Shown: positions 55,136 to 64,000, counted from the stretch's first letter. The stretch: 64,000 nt of DNA from an uncultured Anaerolineaceae bacterium (GCA_964621295.1 CAZULT010000003.1:70-64069), one strand, 5' to 3'. Notes: generated by a model from the letters alone, not told the origin. Translations and numbers: made by a program.

Positions 55136-55774
55136 TCATAGCTGCGTTACAACTGGATAGTTGCGCAGGAAGCGGATGAAGAGCACAACGCCCACTCCCA
55201 GGATGATAAGCGATGGGACCGCGAAGATAGGAAACGCCCAAGCATCCGTGTGCCAGTACTGGCGAATGAATATATCCAACGGGATCGGAATGGCGTACAA
55301 AATTCCGATCAGATACAGGCGGGGAAAATCCAGAAAGTAGCCTGCCAGTCCGAACACCACCAGCATATTGACCACCCAGAAGATCGCGCCAACGTAAGCC
55401 CGTGAGATACCCAACACGCCAAGCTCGCCACCGCCCGAAAAGGCCAGCCAGGCGATCAATCCCAGCAGAAACGATCCAAACAACAACAACTGGACACGGT
55501 TACGCTTTACCTTTCCATACTGTCCAAAGCTGGCAGTACCCATACGAGGCATGGTGATATAGCGTTTTCCCAAGAACATCAACAGCATGGCAAGTACTTC
55601 TACTCCAATGTAGATCCCTATCCGTAAACCGTCACTGATCCGCATCTCGTCCAACAAGGTACCGGACGCCATGTTGAACAACAGCAGACCCAGGAAGATA
55701 TCCCATAATCCATCCTGGAACATTGACCTCCAGGCCTTGCGTTGCAATTCTTTGAGGTTGATCTTTTCGTTCAT
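55136..55774 (-). CDS. hypothetical polytopic membrane protein, co-oriented with the wHTH regulator
   Basis: The ATG at 55774 has GGAGG 5 nt upstream. Five to six predicted TM helices. 8-nt gap to the regulator gene. Confidence 0.7.
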   Translation of the reverse strand: MNEKINLKELQRKAWRSMFQDGLWDIFLGLLLFNMASGTLLDEMRISDGLRIGIYIGVEVLAMLLMFLGKRYITMPRMGTASFGQYGKVKRNRVQLLLFGSFLLGLIAWLAFSGGGELGVLGISRAYVGAIFWVVNMLVVFGLAGYFLDFPRLYLIGILYAIPIPLDIFIRQYWHTDAWAFPIFAVPSLIILGVGVVLFIRFLRNYPVVTQL

Positions 55775-55950
55775 CCTACCCTCCACGCAATCTATTTCTA
55801 ATTCACCAATTAACTTTGCAATACAAAGTTCTTTGTGTGATTATACTCATGCCCAATAATTTGTCAAGGGCTGGCTGAGCAGGAAGATTACTAAACAGAA
55901 ATCTTTCAGTGTGACATTTCAATCCACAAGTTGAACGTCTCGATAAGCAT

Positions 55951-56098
55951 ATCTAGCTGGCTTAATTTTGGAATCTAGCTGGCTTAATTTCCAAATTTAG
56001 CTGGCTTAATTTCTGAATCTAGCTGGCTAAATTTCTGGATTAAGCGGCTTAATTTTCGAATCGAGCGGCCCAATGCATGAATCAAGCCGCTTGATCCC
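55951..56098. repeat. phased tandem array of about 6.5 copies of a 21-22-bp unit
   Basis: Units start at 55951, 55973, 55995, 56017, 56039, 56060 and 56081 (ATCTAGCTGGCTTAATTTTGGA and variants). The first four are nearly identical. Units 5 and 7 contain perfect 7-1-7 palindromes (ATTAAGC-G-GCTTAAT and ATCAAGC-C-GCTTGAT). Confidence 0.9.
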
Positions 56099-56181
56099 TA
56101 CTCTCTGGAGCGTTGGCAGCTCAACACAAGGGATCTTGCCTTTCTCGCGCCGGGCAGGTTCCCGCAGTACAATAGGTTCTT

Positions 56182-56790
56182 ATGGGAGTACTCATCGCTG
56201 TCATCGGCCCAAGCGGGGTCGGCAAGACCACCCTGGTGCGCGCACTGGCCCGGGGGAGCGGAGCCCCAGAGTTTGCGACCGCCTTCGAGCAGCACGCGGA
56301 ACGCCCCTTCCAGGCGGTTTTCAAGAAGGACGTGCGTTACGGCCTGGTCAACCAGCTCGACTTTTTCCTCCTGCGCGCGAGCCAGGAGCGAGAGCTGCGC
56401 GCCTCGCCCAGAACAGGCCTGATCGACGGCGGCCTGGACCTGGATTACCACGGCTTCACACGCCTGTTCCACGCTCGCGGCTTGCTGAGCGACCGGGATT
56501 TCGAGCTTTGCAGCAGGGTGTACGAAGCGCTGCGGGAACTGCTGCCCCTCCCTGAACTGTTCGTCAGGCTGAGAGCGAACCAGGGGATGGTGGCAGGCAG
56601 GCTTTCCGGGCGCGAGCGTATCAATATCGCCTCAGCCCAGGACACGGTACTGTTCGAAACCTACCTCGAAGAGTGGCTGGCCGGCCTGCCCGCTCACCAG
56701 GTGCTGGAACTGGATGTCTCGCAGGAACCGCCGGGGTACCCTGAAAGCATGGCCAGGGTCCTTGATCGCCTGTCCGCCATGCACAAGTAA
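56182..56790 (+). CDS. P-loop kinase, deoxynucleoside-kinase-like family
   Basis: Walker A IAVIGPSGVGKTT at the extreme N-terminus, DRDFE / LID-like RLSGRER segment, 202 aa. Family-level call only. Confidence 0.6.
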   Translation: MGVLIAVIGPSGVGKTTLVRALARGSGAPEFATAFEQHAERPFQAVFKKDVRYGLVNQLDFFLLRASQERELRASPRTGLIDGGLDLDYHGFTRLFHARGLLSDRDFELCSRVYEALRELLPLPELFVRLRANQGMVAGRLSGRERINIASAQDTVLFETYLEEWLAGLPAHQVLELDVSQEPPGYPESMARVLDRLSAMHK

Positions 56791-56837
56791 ACTATAACCC
56801 TACCGACCAGCAAGCCCAATTCAGAAGGAGTTTAGCG

Positions 56838-57593
56838 GTGTACACAACGGATATGTACGAAGGTCTGCTCGCAGAAACGATCACGCTGACAGGCGCAAAC
56901 GGGGAACGCATCAACGCCTACCTTGCCCGCCCGCTCGGGGCTGGACCCTTCCCCGCCATCGTCCTGGCGCATCACATGCCCGGCTGGGACCAGTGGTATC
57001 GCGAGGTCGCGCTCAAGTTCGCCCTGCGCGGCTACGTCAGCCTTTCTCCCAATCTTTACTTCCGCAGCGGACATGGCACACCGGAGGATATCGCGGCCAA
57101 GGTTCGCGCGGAGGGCGGCATTCCTGACGACCAGGCTGTGGGCGACCTGGCGGGCGCGCTGGGTTATTTACGCGCCTCAGCTTACACCAACGGGAAAGTG
57201 GGCATTTTCGGCACCTGCTCGGGAGGCAGGCATGCTTACCTGGCAGCCTGCCGCGCGCCGGGGTTCGACGCGGTCGTAGATTGCTGGGGCGGGCGCGTGG
57301 TCATGAAGCCTGAAGAGCTCAACTCCAATTTTCCCGTCGCGCCGATCGATTACACCAAAGACTTGCCCTGCCCCATCCTGGGCCTGTTCGGGAACGAAGA
57401 CAGCAGCCCCTCTCCGGAACAGGTCGACCTGCACGAAGCTGAGCTGAAGAAAAACAACAAGGTCTACGAGTTTTACAGATACGATGGAGCGGGGCACGGC
57501 TTTTTTTACTACCACCGCCCCAATTACCGCCAGGAGCAGGCGGTGGACGGCTGGCAGAAGCTGTTCGCTTTCCTTGAAAAGTATTTAGGATAA
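56838..57593 (+). CDS. dienelactone hydrolase family protein
   Basis: GTG start after GAAGGAG. Alpha/beta-hydrolase with nucleophile motif GIFGTCSGG (Cys-type, as in DLH) and C-terminal GAGHGF. Confidence 0.82.
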   Translation: MYTTDMYEGLLAETITLTGANGERINAYLARPLGAGPFPAIVLAHHMPGWDQWYREVALKFALRGYVSLSPNLYFRSGHGTPEDIAAKVRAEGGIPDDQAVGDLAGALGYLRASAYTNGKVGIFGTCSGGRHAYLAACRAPGFDAVVDCWGGRVVMKPEELNSNFPVAPIDYTKDLPCPILGLFGNEDSSPSPEQVDLHEAELKKNNKVYEFYRYDGAGHGFFYYHRPNYRQEQAVDGWQKLFAFLEKYLG

Positions 57594-57607
57594 CTGGGAG
57601 GTCAAGC

Positions 57608-57895
57608 ATGTGCACCATGATCGTCAAGAAAGTAGAGATCGCCGGCAGCGCAAAAGGAGCGAGCGACTGGTTCAGGCTGGAGAAAGCCAACGTCTCGTTC
57701 GACCATCCCTTCAACGCCCCGTTCGAACATGCCCTGAACATCGACTTTGTCAACGAGTCGCAGGGGCCTTCGGCCCGCATCGCGGTGGAATTAAGCGAGG
57801 ACGCCGCGCGGGAATTGGTAAAAACAATCTTATCCGTGTTGGACCAGGCTGAAGCTGGAGGGCACCTGGAAAGCCAGCGCCAAAGAACACCTTGA
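57608..57895 (+). CDS. small conserved-looking hypothetical protein (95 aa)
   Basis: GGGAGG RBS 6 nt upstream of the ATG. Codon usage is like the neighbours. No family securely recognised. Confidence 0.55.
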   Translation: MCTMIVKKVEIAGSAKGASDWFRLEKANVSFDHPFNAPFEHALNIDFVNESQGPSARIAVELSEDAARELVKTILSVLDQAEAGGHLESQRQRTP

Positions 57896-57981
57896 CGAGG
57901 CCGAAGCTGCTTTGGAGCTTCCGGGTAAAAATTGACCTGTTCAGGCCATCTAAAGTTCGACATCTGTTTTAGAGGTGAGAG

Positions 57982-58824
57982 ATGAAAACTTCGCGAAAAA
58001 TCGACAGGGTGATCGACCCTGAATATGTGATCGAGGGCGCGGACGTGCTGCTGCGGCGTTCGATCGCGCCGCGCCGCAGCAACGAATTCGATCCTTTCCT
58101 GCTCTTCGACCACTTTGCCTTCAACGACCCCAAGGAAGGCCCGATCCGCGGCTTTCCCACCCACCCGCACCGCGGCATCGAAACTGTGACCTACATGCTG
58201 GAAGGCTCCGTCCGCCATCGCGACAGCCTGGACAACATGGGCTCCATCGGCGCTGGTGATGTGCAGTGGATGACCAGCGGGCGCGGCATCCTGCACGAAG
58301 AGATGCCGCAGCGCAGCCCGAATGGGAATATCTACGGCTTCCAACTTTGGGTGAACCTGCCGTCGCATCTGAAAATGTCGACCCCGCGCTACCAGGAAGT
58401 AAGCGACCTGACCATTCCGGTCGTCGAAAAGAATGGCGCCAAGGTACGGCTCGTGGCCGGAAGCATGGATGGCATCGAAGGGCCTGTGACCGAGATCGCC
58501 GCCTCGCCGCTCTACATGGACGTGCAGATCGCGCCCGGGGTGGAGTGGCGCCAGGCCATCCCGCTCGGCCACACCACGGTGGCCTACGTATTCGAGGGCG
58601 AAGCTGCCTTTGGCGGTGAATCGGTGAAAGCGGTCAGGATGATCAAGTTCGGGGATGGCGACCACCTGCAGGTTGTGACCGAGAACAGCCCTGTACGCTT
58701 CATGCTCATGGCCGGCGCACCCTTTGGGGAACCGATTGTGCCGTACGGCCCGTTCGTGATGAACACCGAACAGGAGATCTACGAAGCGATCGCGGACCTT
58801 CGGCGTGGCACGTTCGTGAAATGA
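57982..58824 (+). CDS. pirin family protein (bicupin)
   Basis: [19 protein letters not shown] metal-binding cupin motif and [12 protein letters not shown]. 280 aa. Confidence 0.92.
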   Translation: MKTSRKIDRVIDPEYVIEGADVLLRRSIAPRRSNEFDPFLLFDHFAFNDPKEGPIRGFPTHPHRGIETVTYMLEGSVRHRDSLDNMGSIGAGDVQWMTSGRGILHEEMPQRSPNGNIYGFQLWVNLPSHLKMSTPRYQEVSDLTIPVVEKNGAKVRLVAGSMDGIEGPVTEIAASPLYMDVQIAPGVEWRQAIPLGHTTVAYVFEGEAAFGGESVKAVRMIKFGDGDHLQVVTENSPVRFMLMAGAPFGEPIVPYGPFVMNTEQEIYEAIADLRRGTFVK

Positions 58825-58873
58825 CTCTACCCCCTCTCCCCTGATGGGAGAGGGGATTTTACTGGGAGGCAGC

Positions 58874-59341
58874 ATGACCAAGGTACTCTACGGTGAACGA
58901 TTAGGCAAGGAAGGGGAATTGCGCGTGGGATGCTCCGCAGCCATCTTCGATGAAACGCGCGAAAAGATCCTGCTGACACGCAGGACAGATAACGGGTTGT
59001 GGTGTTTACCGGGCGGGCTGCTGAATCCCGGTGAAAGCGTGATGGAAGCCTGCCTGCGCGAGGTGCGCGAGGAGACCGGTCTGGAAGTGGGGATCAAACG
59101 CCTGGTAGGCGTGTACAGCAACCCTGATCAACTGGTGGTCTACCCGGACGGCAACAAAGCCTTCCTGGTCGTCCTGCACTTCGAGGCTGAAATCCTCTCA
59201 GGAATTCCGCAACTGAGTGATGAGACCCTTGAGGTTGGTTTTTTTCGAGTGGATCAATTGGACGCTTTTTCTTTTCTGGGTCACCACAAGGAGCGTATCT
59301 TTGATTCCCTGCCTGCGACACGGCCTGCCCTGATCCAGTGA
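58874..59341 (+). CDS. NUDIX hydrolase
   Basis: ATG at 58874 after GGGAGG. Nudix box [24 protein letters not shown]. Confidence 0.9.
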   Translation: MTKVLYGERLGKEGELRVGCSAAIFDETREKILLTRRTDNGLWCLPGGLLNPGESVMEACLREVREETGLEVGIKRLVGVYSNPDQLVVYPDGNKAFLVVLHFEAEILSGIPQLSDETLEVGFFRVDQLDAFSFLGHHKERIFDSLPATRPALIQ

Positions 59342-59358
59342 AAGAATAATGGCAGCTT

Positions 59359-60003
59359 TTACGAGAGTGAGGGTGCGCTGACCGCTTGCCTCCAGTCATA
59401 CTGCGATTTAAGCACTTTGGCCGGCACGCCCCCCAACATCACATTCGAATCATCGAACTTCCCGTTCACCACGCTCCCTAATGCCACCAGCACGTGATCC
59501 CCAACGACCGAACCCGGTGCAAAACGAACCGCGCTGGCCAGGTAACAATCCCGCCCGATACGGATATCACGGTCCCGCACTCCGATTCCGTGGGTCCAGA
59601 ATTGCGAGCCGGCGCCTGCGATCCAGGAACCCTGCCCCAACGTGAACGACCCGGCCACGTCAAAGGTATGCCCGGAAGTGATCAGTGTATCCGCTCCGAT
59701 CTGCAATGAACGGGCGTAGCCCGCCTCACGGTGCTGATCCCTGACGGTCCAAAAGCCGCAGGAAAACGTATTGCGGTTTTCGATCGCGGCGTTGAGGCCG
59801 ATCTTCATGCTCATCGGGCCCACGAATAAATTGAACCATCCGATCTTGCATTTCTCAATGTGCGCTTTGGAAACTGCAATGACGGTTCCAAATCCGATCG
59901 ACCCACGGATCCTGTATCCCAGCAGGCGATACCCCAGCACGCGCAGGATATTGAGAGGTAAAATACTGATGAGAGCAGCCAGAACAAGCTTGACCTTCAA
60001 CAT
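59359..60003 (-). CDS. hexapeptide-repeat (LbH) acyl/acetyltransferase with N-terminal hydrophobic segment (WcaF-like)
   Basis: Repeating [LIV]G-x4 hexapeptides (IGADTLITSGHTFDVAGSFTLGQGSWIAGAGS...) and C-terminal GGVPAKVLK. Confidence 0.8.
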   Translation of the reverse strand: MLKVKLVLAALISILPLNILRVLGYRLLGYRIRGSIGFGTVIAVSKAHIEKCKIGWFNLFVGPMSMKIGLNAAIENRNTFSCGFWTVRDQHREAGYARSLQIGADTLITSGHTFDVAGSFTLGQGSWIAGAGSQFWTHGIGVRDRDIRIGRDCYLASAVRFAPGSVVGDHVLVALGSVVNGKFDDSNVMLGGVPAKVLKSQYDWRQAVSAPSLS

Positions 60004-60074
60004 AATTTGCTCCAGTCATAGAAATACCTAGCCAGTATACAGTAGAAGGAAGTATCTTGACGAGCCCCACAGCG

Positions 60075-60722
60075 ATGAATCCCAGAACGCAAACCCGCCA
60101 AAATTACGACCGCCTCTCCCGATGGTATGACCTGTTTGCCAGCAGCGAGCGGCAATTCACCGAAAGCGGATTACACGATCTTGATGTCCATACAGGGGAA
60201 AACGCCCTCGAGATCGGATTTGGCACAGGCCACGCGATTGTTGGGTTGGCGCAGGCAGCAGGGGCGACCGGCCTGGTGGCCGGGGTCGAGCTCTCGCCTG
60301 GCATGATCGCCATGGCCAAAAAACATGTGGGAGTTCACCCGGCGGGAGGCAACCCAGCGCTCCTTAACGGGGACGCCGCGGCTTTGCCTTTCAAGGCCCA
60401 CACCTTTCAAGCTGTCTTTTTATCCTTTACCCTGGAACTGTTCGCCGAATCCGAAATTCCGGGAGTGTTAGGAGAATGCCGGCGAGCGCTGGCGCCGGAA
60501 GGACGCCTTGGCGTGGTAGCCATGGCCAGGAGCAACTCCTTGGCCTGTCGATTGTACGAATGGGGGCACGCACGCTGGCCTGCATTGCTCGATTGCCGGC
60601 CGATCGATGTGCGTGGCTGGCTGGAAAGCTCCGGTTTCAATCTCCGCAGCAACCGGCTCAAGATCATGTGGGGGCTGCCTGTGGCAATCGTAGTGGCTGA
60701 AGTAGCTCAAGAAGCCCGCTGA
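60075..60722 (+). CDS. class I SAM-dependent methyltransferase
   Basis: Motif I ALEIGFGTGH and post-I GVELSPGM. An alternative TTG start lies at 60057. The 3' end overlaps the convergent sulfotransferase gene by 16 nt. Confidence 0.85.
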   Translation: MNPRTQTRQNYDRLSRWYDLFASSERQFTESGLHDLDVHTGENALEIGFGTGHAIVGLAQAAGATGLVAGVELSPGMIAMAKKHVGVHPAGGNPALLNGDAAALPFKAHTFQAVFLSFTLELFAESEIPGVLGECRRALAPEGRLGVVAMARSNSLACRLYEWGHARWPALLDCRPIDVRGWLESSGFNLRSNRLKIMWGLPVAIVVAEVAQEAR

Positions 60723-61309
60723 CGATACAGGCTCTTATCCGGGACGGCCAGCATGGCCGGCAATTGCGCTTCTACGCCAAGGAAATCCGCCACTGCCCGA
60801 ATAGAGGGATTCGGGTCGGCCATCAACTCATTGTAGTTCACATAGAACACTTCGATGTTAGGCTGGTTGGCCAACCAGACACGCACCCGCTTGAGATGTT
60901 CCTGGAAATTCATAGCCATGCCACGGTCATCTCCGTCTGCCGCTTCGCCGCGCCGGATCAGCATCTGTTTTTGCGAAGCCAGTATCTCGTCGATCTCCCT
61001 CTGCATGAAGATGATCCTGTAACGGTAGGATGCGGGCAATTCGCCCAGCAGGGAGGAAATGACCTTGACCGCCTTCCCTTCTGCGTGCTTCAGCCAGTCC
61101 TGGTCGCCTTCCTTGAGCGCTTTGACCTGCTCGAATTCGAAATATCCTTTTGGATTATCTTCATCAGCCGTGCGCAGATTGTCGGTCAGGATCGGCAGGC
61201 CGGCTGCTTCCAGGATTTTCATCATCATGGAAGTGCCGGAACGCGGCAGCCCTGACACGACGGTGATCAGTCCGGCAGGTTTACGAAAAGGTCGAAAGAT
61301 TTTTGCCAT
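60707..61309 (-). CDS. sulfotransferase family protein
   Basis: Start at MAKIFRPFRK (ATG at 61309). PAPS 5'-phosphosulfate-binding loop GLPRSGTSMMM. About 200 aa. Confidence 0.75.
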   Translation of the reverse strand: MAKIFRPFRKPAGLITVVSGLPRSGTSMMMKILEAAGLPILTDNLRTADEDNPKGYFEFEQVKALKEGDQDWLKHAEGKAVKVISSLLGELPASYRYRIIFMQREIDEILASQKQMLIRRGEAADGDDRGMAMNFQEHLKRVRVWLANQPNIEVFYVNYNELMADPNPSIRAVADFLGVEAQLPAMLAVPDKSLYRQRAS

Positions 61310-61322
61310 CACATCCCCCGCG

Positions 61323-63152
61323 CTACAGGTAGCCCAGCCCCTTGAGCCTTTCTTCGATCGCTTCCTGGCTCTCACCACCTGAGATCGTAGGCGGATTCAC
61401 CCCGCTGTGATCCAGGTACTTTCCCACGATCATGGCGGGAATGTCCCGGAAGGAGGGATTCGGAAAATCCTGCAACCCACGGCTGGCAAACAATACACCT
61501 GGAACCTCTTCAGAATCAATGCAATGGTCAGCGCCCCAATGATCATGGTTCTTCTCTATTTGTGCGCCGTTCCATTTCCCCAATCCCGTTTCTGAGGAAG
61601 CGCGGTACCCGGGAGCGTACCCCAGCACCAGATCGGGGCCGTAGCGCAGCAACGGACCGCTGAAGGCTTCATGGCGCAGCAATACCCGCTTCATAACTGA
61701 CTTCCGATCGGGTCCATGCCAGCGGGACAATTTGGTTTTGATCTCCTGCGCCAGGGCTTCCACTTTCTCAACAGCCACAATCCCCTTGCTTTCACGTCCT
61801 TCCAGGTTGATGTAAAGACTGTTGAGGCCTAAGGCATAAGCCTGGGTGTGTTCCCAATCCACAGACGCCAGACTCGCATCCTTCTGGCCGGGCTTGAGGG
61901 CCAGATACTTATTCTCCAGCAACCAGCGGTTCAAATGGACCTTATAACCAAAATCTGCAAAACCGTGATCCGACATGACGAACAGGGCCATTTCTTGACC
62001 GTTTTGGCTCTGCGCTGCGGTCGTGACACGTCCAACAAATGCATCCAGGCGCTTATACCACTCCTGCACCACATCCGGACGATCTCGCCGAAACATGTGC
62101 TGGACGCGATCGAGATCATCGAAGATAGACGCCAGGACGCCTTCACGAAAGCCCTCCAGGTTATGCATGAGGATGCGTTCACGCGCCAGGAAGATGTCCT
62201 CGCATAACGAGATGAACTGTTCGTCAGAAATGCAGCCATCCTCCAGACCGGTCGTATCCTGCGGCCAGCCCAGGGATAAGAACGAACCTGAGGCCTGCCA
62301 TGCCTCGCGCACAAAGGATTTGGGCGAGGCGTAGCGCCACAACGCGTGCAACGGGTGGATCTGGAGCGGCAGGAAGTAGAGGCGCAACGGCTTGAGCGAC
62401 GTCAGGATGGCGCGCGTGATGGCGTGCACCTTCATCATCCAGCCGGTCTTGAAGACGACTTCCAGGATTGGGCTCCAACTGCCTGCCTCCAGTTCCACCG
62501 TCTGCCCGGGTAGGACCAGGCGCGCCCGCGACTCATCCCTGACCTCAATGCTGAAATCCACCGTGGCCGGCAGCACTTCGCCTTTCTGCTTGGCGAACGG
62601 ACCCTTCAAAGCAGACTGGAAGGCATCCGACTCACGGACGATCTGGGCCGCAGGGGTTTTATGTCCAGCCTTCAAAGGGTTTTCGCCCTCATGATAGAAA
62701 CTACCCAATCCTAACTGCCCGCGGATGTCAGGTGTTCCCAATCCCGGAATGACACGCAACGGTGATTCAGGTTTGGCCGGGAACATGGCCGGCCACCACA
62801 GTGCCGTGGCCGGATACCCCTGGTCGATGGCTTCGTCGAAAAGCGTCCGGGCAGAATAGGGCGGCACAAATTGAGTCCCAAACGATCCAGTGCGGGTGGG
62901 CAGGATAGACACGTAAGGCGCGTAGGTCTCGGGATTACGGTGTACGAAATCGAAAATGCCGTGACTTCCGGGATCGGCACCGGTCGCGATGCTGGTCCAG
63001 GATACTTCAGTTTGTGGAGGCGCACATACTTTAAAAGGCGAATAGCCACCCTTAACAGCGAGCTGGCCCAGATTCGGCATAAGACCCCGGGTTGCCAGGG
63101 ATTCGTACAACCCAGGGTCGAACGAGTCAAATCCCAGTATCAGCGCCCGCAT
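61323..63152 (-). CDS. alkaline-phosphatase superfamily protein (type I phosphodiesterase / nucleotide pyrophosphatase-like)
   Basis: N-terminal ILGFDSFDP and VSWTSIATGADPGSHGIFDF metal/nucleophile region. C-terminal SDHGF and GADH motifs. Confidence 0.8.
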   Translation of the reverse strand: MRALILGFDSFDPGLYESLATRGLMPNLGQLAVKGGYSPFKVCAPPQTEVSWTSIATGADPGSHGIFDFVHRNPETYAPYVSILPTRTGSFGTQFVPPYSARTLFDEAIDQGYPATALWWPAMFPAKPESPLRVIPGLGTPDIRGQLGLGSFYHEGENPLKAGHKTPAAQIVRESDAFQSALKGPFAKQKGEVLPATVDFSIEVRDESRARLVLPGQTVELEAGSWSPILEVVFKTGWMMKVHAITRAILTSLKPLRLYFLPLQIHPLHALWRYASPKSFVREAWQASGSFLSLGWPQDTTGLEDGCISDEQFISLCEDIFLARERILMHNLEGFREGVLASIFDDLDRVQHMFRRDRPDVVQEWYKRLDAFVGRVTTAAQSQNGQEMALFVMSDHGFADFGYKVHLNRWLLENKYLALKPGQKDASLASVDWEHTQAYALGLNSLYINLEGRESKGIVAVEKVEALAQEIKTKLSRWHGPDRKSVMKRVLLRHEAFSGPLLRYGPDLVLGYAPGYRASSETGLGKWNGAQIEKNHDHWGADHCIDSEEVPGVLFASRGLQDFPNPSFRDIPAMIVGKYLDHSGVNPPTISGGESQEAIEERLKGLGYL

Positions 63153-63340
63153 TACTGTTTTTGATCTTGATTGGGTTCGTTGATGGATTCTTCTTTATCC
63201 TTACCACGCAGCTTCCGCCGCAGCCGGCCAAAGGCCGTCCGGATCTGGCGTGAGAAGATCAGCACCATACCGCTGAACGCGGCAAACACAACTGCGAGCA
63301 CCTGAAACAACATTCCGCCAGTGTTCGGATCAATATACAT
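63152..63340 (-). CDS. small single-TM membrane protein translationally coupled to the AP-superfamily gene
   Basis: ATG at 63340 with GGAGG 6 nt upstream. MYIDPNTGGMLFQVLAVVFAAFSGMVLIF plus a basic tail. The stop overlaps the downstream start (TAATG). Confidence 0.6.
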   Translation of the reverse strand: MYIDPNTGGMLFQVLAVVFAAFSGMVLIFSRQIRTAFGRLRRKLRGKDKEESINEPNQDQKQ

Positions 63341-63492
63341 TTTTACCTCCAAAACTATCATTCTGAGTGCGCCTGGTATTATACCAATGAACTGAATAAC
63401 TGATTTGTAGAAAAAAAAACCCGTCGGAATGACTTCTCCGCCTGAACTTGTAGGGCTGCTTATCTATTTGAACCAACAAGTATAATGGAGGC

Positions 63493-63972
63493 ATGGCATC
63501 CCTATCAACGACCGCACAAAAAATCCAAGACCTTTTGAACGAAACCGGGCTCAAGCTGACCGTACAGGAGTTCGCGGACAGCACGCGCACAGCCCAGGAA
63601 GCCGCAGACCGGGTAGGTTGCGAGATCGGGCAGATCGTCAAATCCCTGGTCTTCCGCGGAAGCACCACGGGAAGACCGATCCTGGTCCTGACCAGCGGGG
63701 CGAACCGTGTGGATGAAAAACGTCTCAGCGCCTACGTAAGCGAACCTATCGAGCGTGCGGATGCGGAGTTTGTGCGTGAAGTGACCGGTTTTGCCATCGG
63801 GGGGGTGCCTCCTGTAGGGCATGCCCAGGCTTTGAACACATTCCTGGATGAAGACCTGATGGGACACCAAACCATATGGGCAGCTGCCGGAACTCCAAAT
63901 GCGGTTTTTGAATTAACGCCAGGGGAATTGAAAAGGCTGACTCACGGGAAAATCGTACAGGTAAAACATTGA
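63493..63972 (+). CDS. YbaK/EbsC-family aminoacyl-tRNA deacylase domain protein
   Basis: 159 aa. IVKSLVF, GFAIGGVPPVGH and VFELTP motifs are typical of YbaK/ProX trans-editing proteins. Confidence 0.82.
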   Translation: MASLSTTAQKIQDLLNETGLKLTVQEFADSTRTAQEAADRVGCEIGQIVKSLVFRGSTTGRPILVLTSGANRVDEKRLSAYVSEPIERADAEFVREVTGFAIGGVPPVGHAQALNTFLDEDLMGHQTIWAAAGTPNAVFELTPGELKRLTHGKIVQVKH

Positions 63973-64000
63973 AACGGTCACTCTTTTCTACAATTATCCT

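Noticed and set aside
55951-56098. CRISPR array interpretation of the 22-bp repeats
   Set aside because: The units are directly abutting with no spacers. The unit is shorter than CRISPR repeats, and there are no cas genes in the window.
56073-56555. 160-aa plus-strand ORF overlapping the start of the P-loop kinase gene in another frame
   Set aside because: The product is Arg/Pro/Gly-rich with no motifs. The overlapping frame starting at 56182 has a Walker A loop at the expected N-terminal position.
57319-58881. 520-aa ORF on the minus strand spanning the dienelactone hydrolase 3' end, the small ORF, the pirin gene and the NUDIX start
   Set aside because: It is antisense to four well-supported genes with clear family motifs. 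Its product is Arg/Pro/Gly/His-rich low-complexity sequence, typical of a shadow ORF in GC-rich coding DNA. It has no RBS.

Overview
The window is a contiguous bacterial chromosomal segment, mid-50s % GC by eye. It contains about 55 protein genes and no rRNA, tRNA, CRISPR array, transposase or integrase that I could see. The protein repertoire looks like a Chloroflexota/Anaerolineae-like organism: ECF sigma factor, many Cys-lipobox lipoproteins, and Ig/Fn3 surface proteins. That taxonomic call is inference only.

Layout from left to right:
- 450-8529: a LivKHMGF-type amino-acid ABC importer followed by an ornithine-cyclodeaminase-family enzyme and an FAD oxidase.
- 8639-15873: housekeeping and miscellaneous genes (CinA-like, M14 carboxypeptidase, MgtE), plus an unusual amidohydrolase (MtaD-like)-CYTH fusion.
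- 15976-23403: an ECF sigma/anti-sigma pair leading a same-strand run of five lipoproteins (two clan GH-A-like TIM barrels, three PD40/TolB-like propellers).
- 23589-26664: mltG-ruvX plus an orphan baseplate-J-like membrane protein.
- 26945-35018: an amide/peptide catabolic operon with amidohydrolase, Dpp/Opp-type permeases and binding protein but no ATPases, an FAD oxidase and an amidase.
- 35074-50517: a roughly 15-kb island, all on the minus strand, of exported multidomain proteins. It includes a 1230-aa giant protein, LysM/SH3b/Fn3/Ig-like modules, a Cys-rich C-terminal module, a decayed tandem paralog and a decayed Fn3 gene remnant.
- 50802-63972: alaS, then a mixed set of small enzymes, including a sulfotransferase / alkaline-phosphatase-family pair.
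- 55951-56098: a phased 21-22-bp tandem repeat array in a divergent intergenic region.

The most interesting candidates for new biology are:
- the exported-protein island and its decay products;
- the MtaD-CYTH fusion;
- the 22-bp repeat array;
- the orphan baseplate-J-like protein.

All functional calls come from reading motifs in the translated ORFs. No database search was run.
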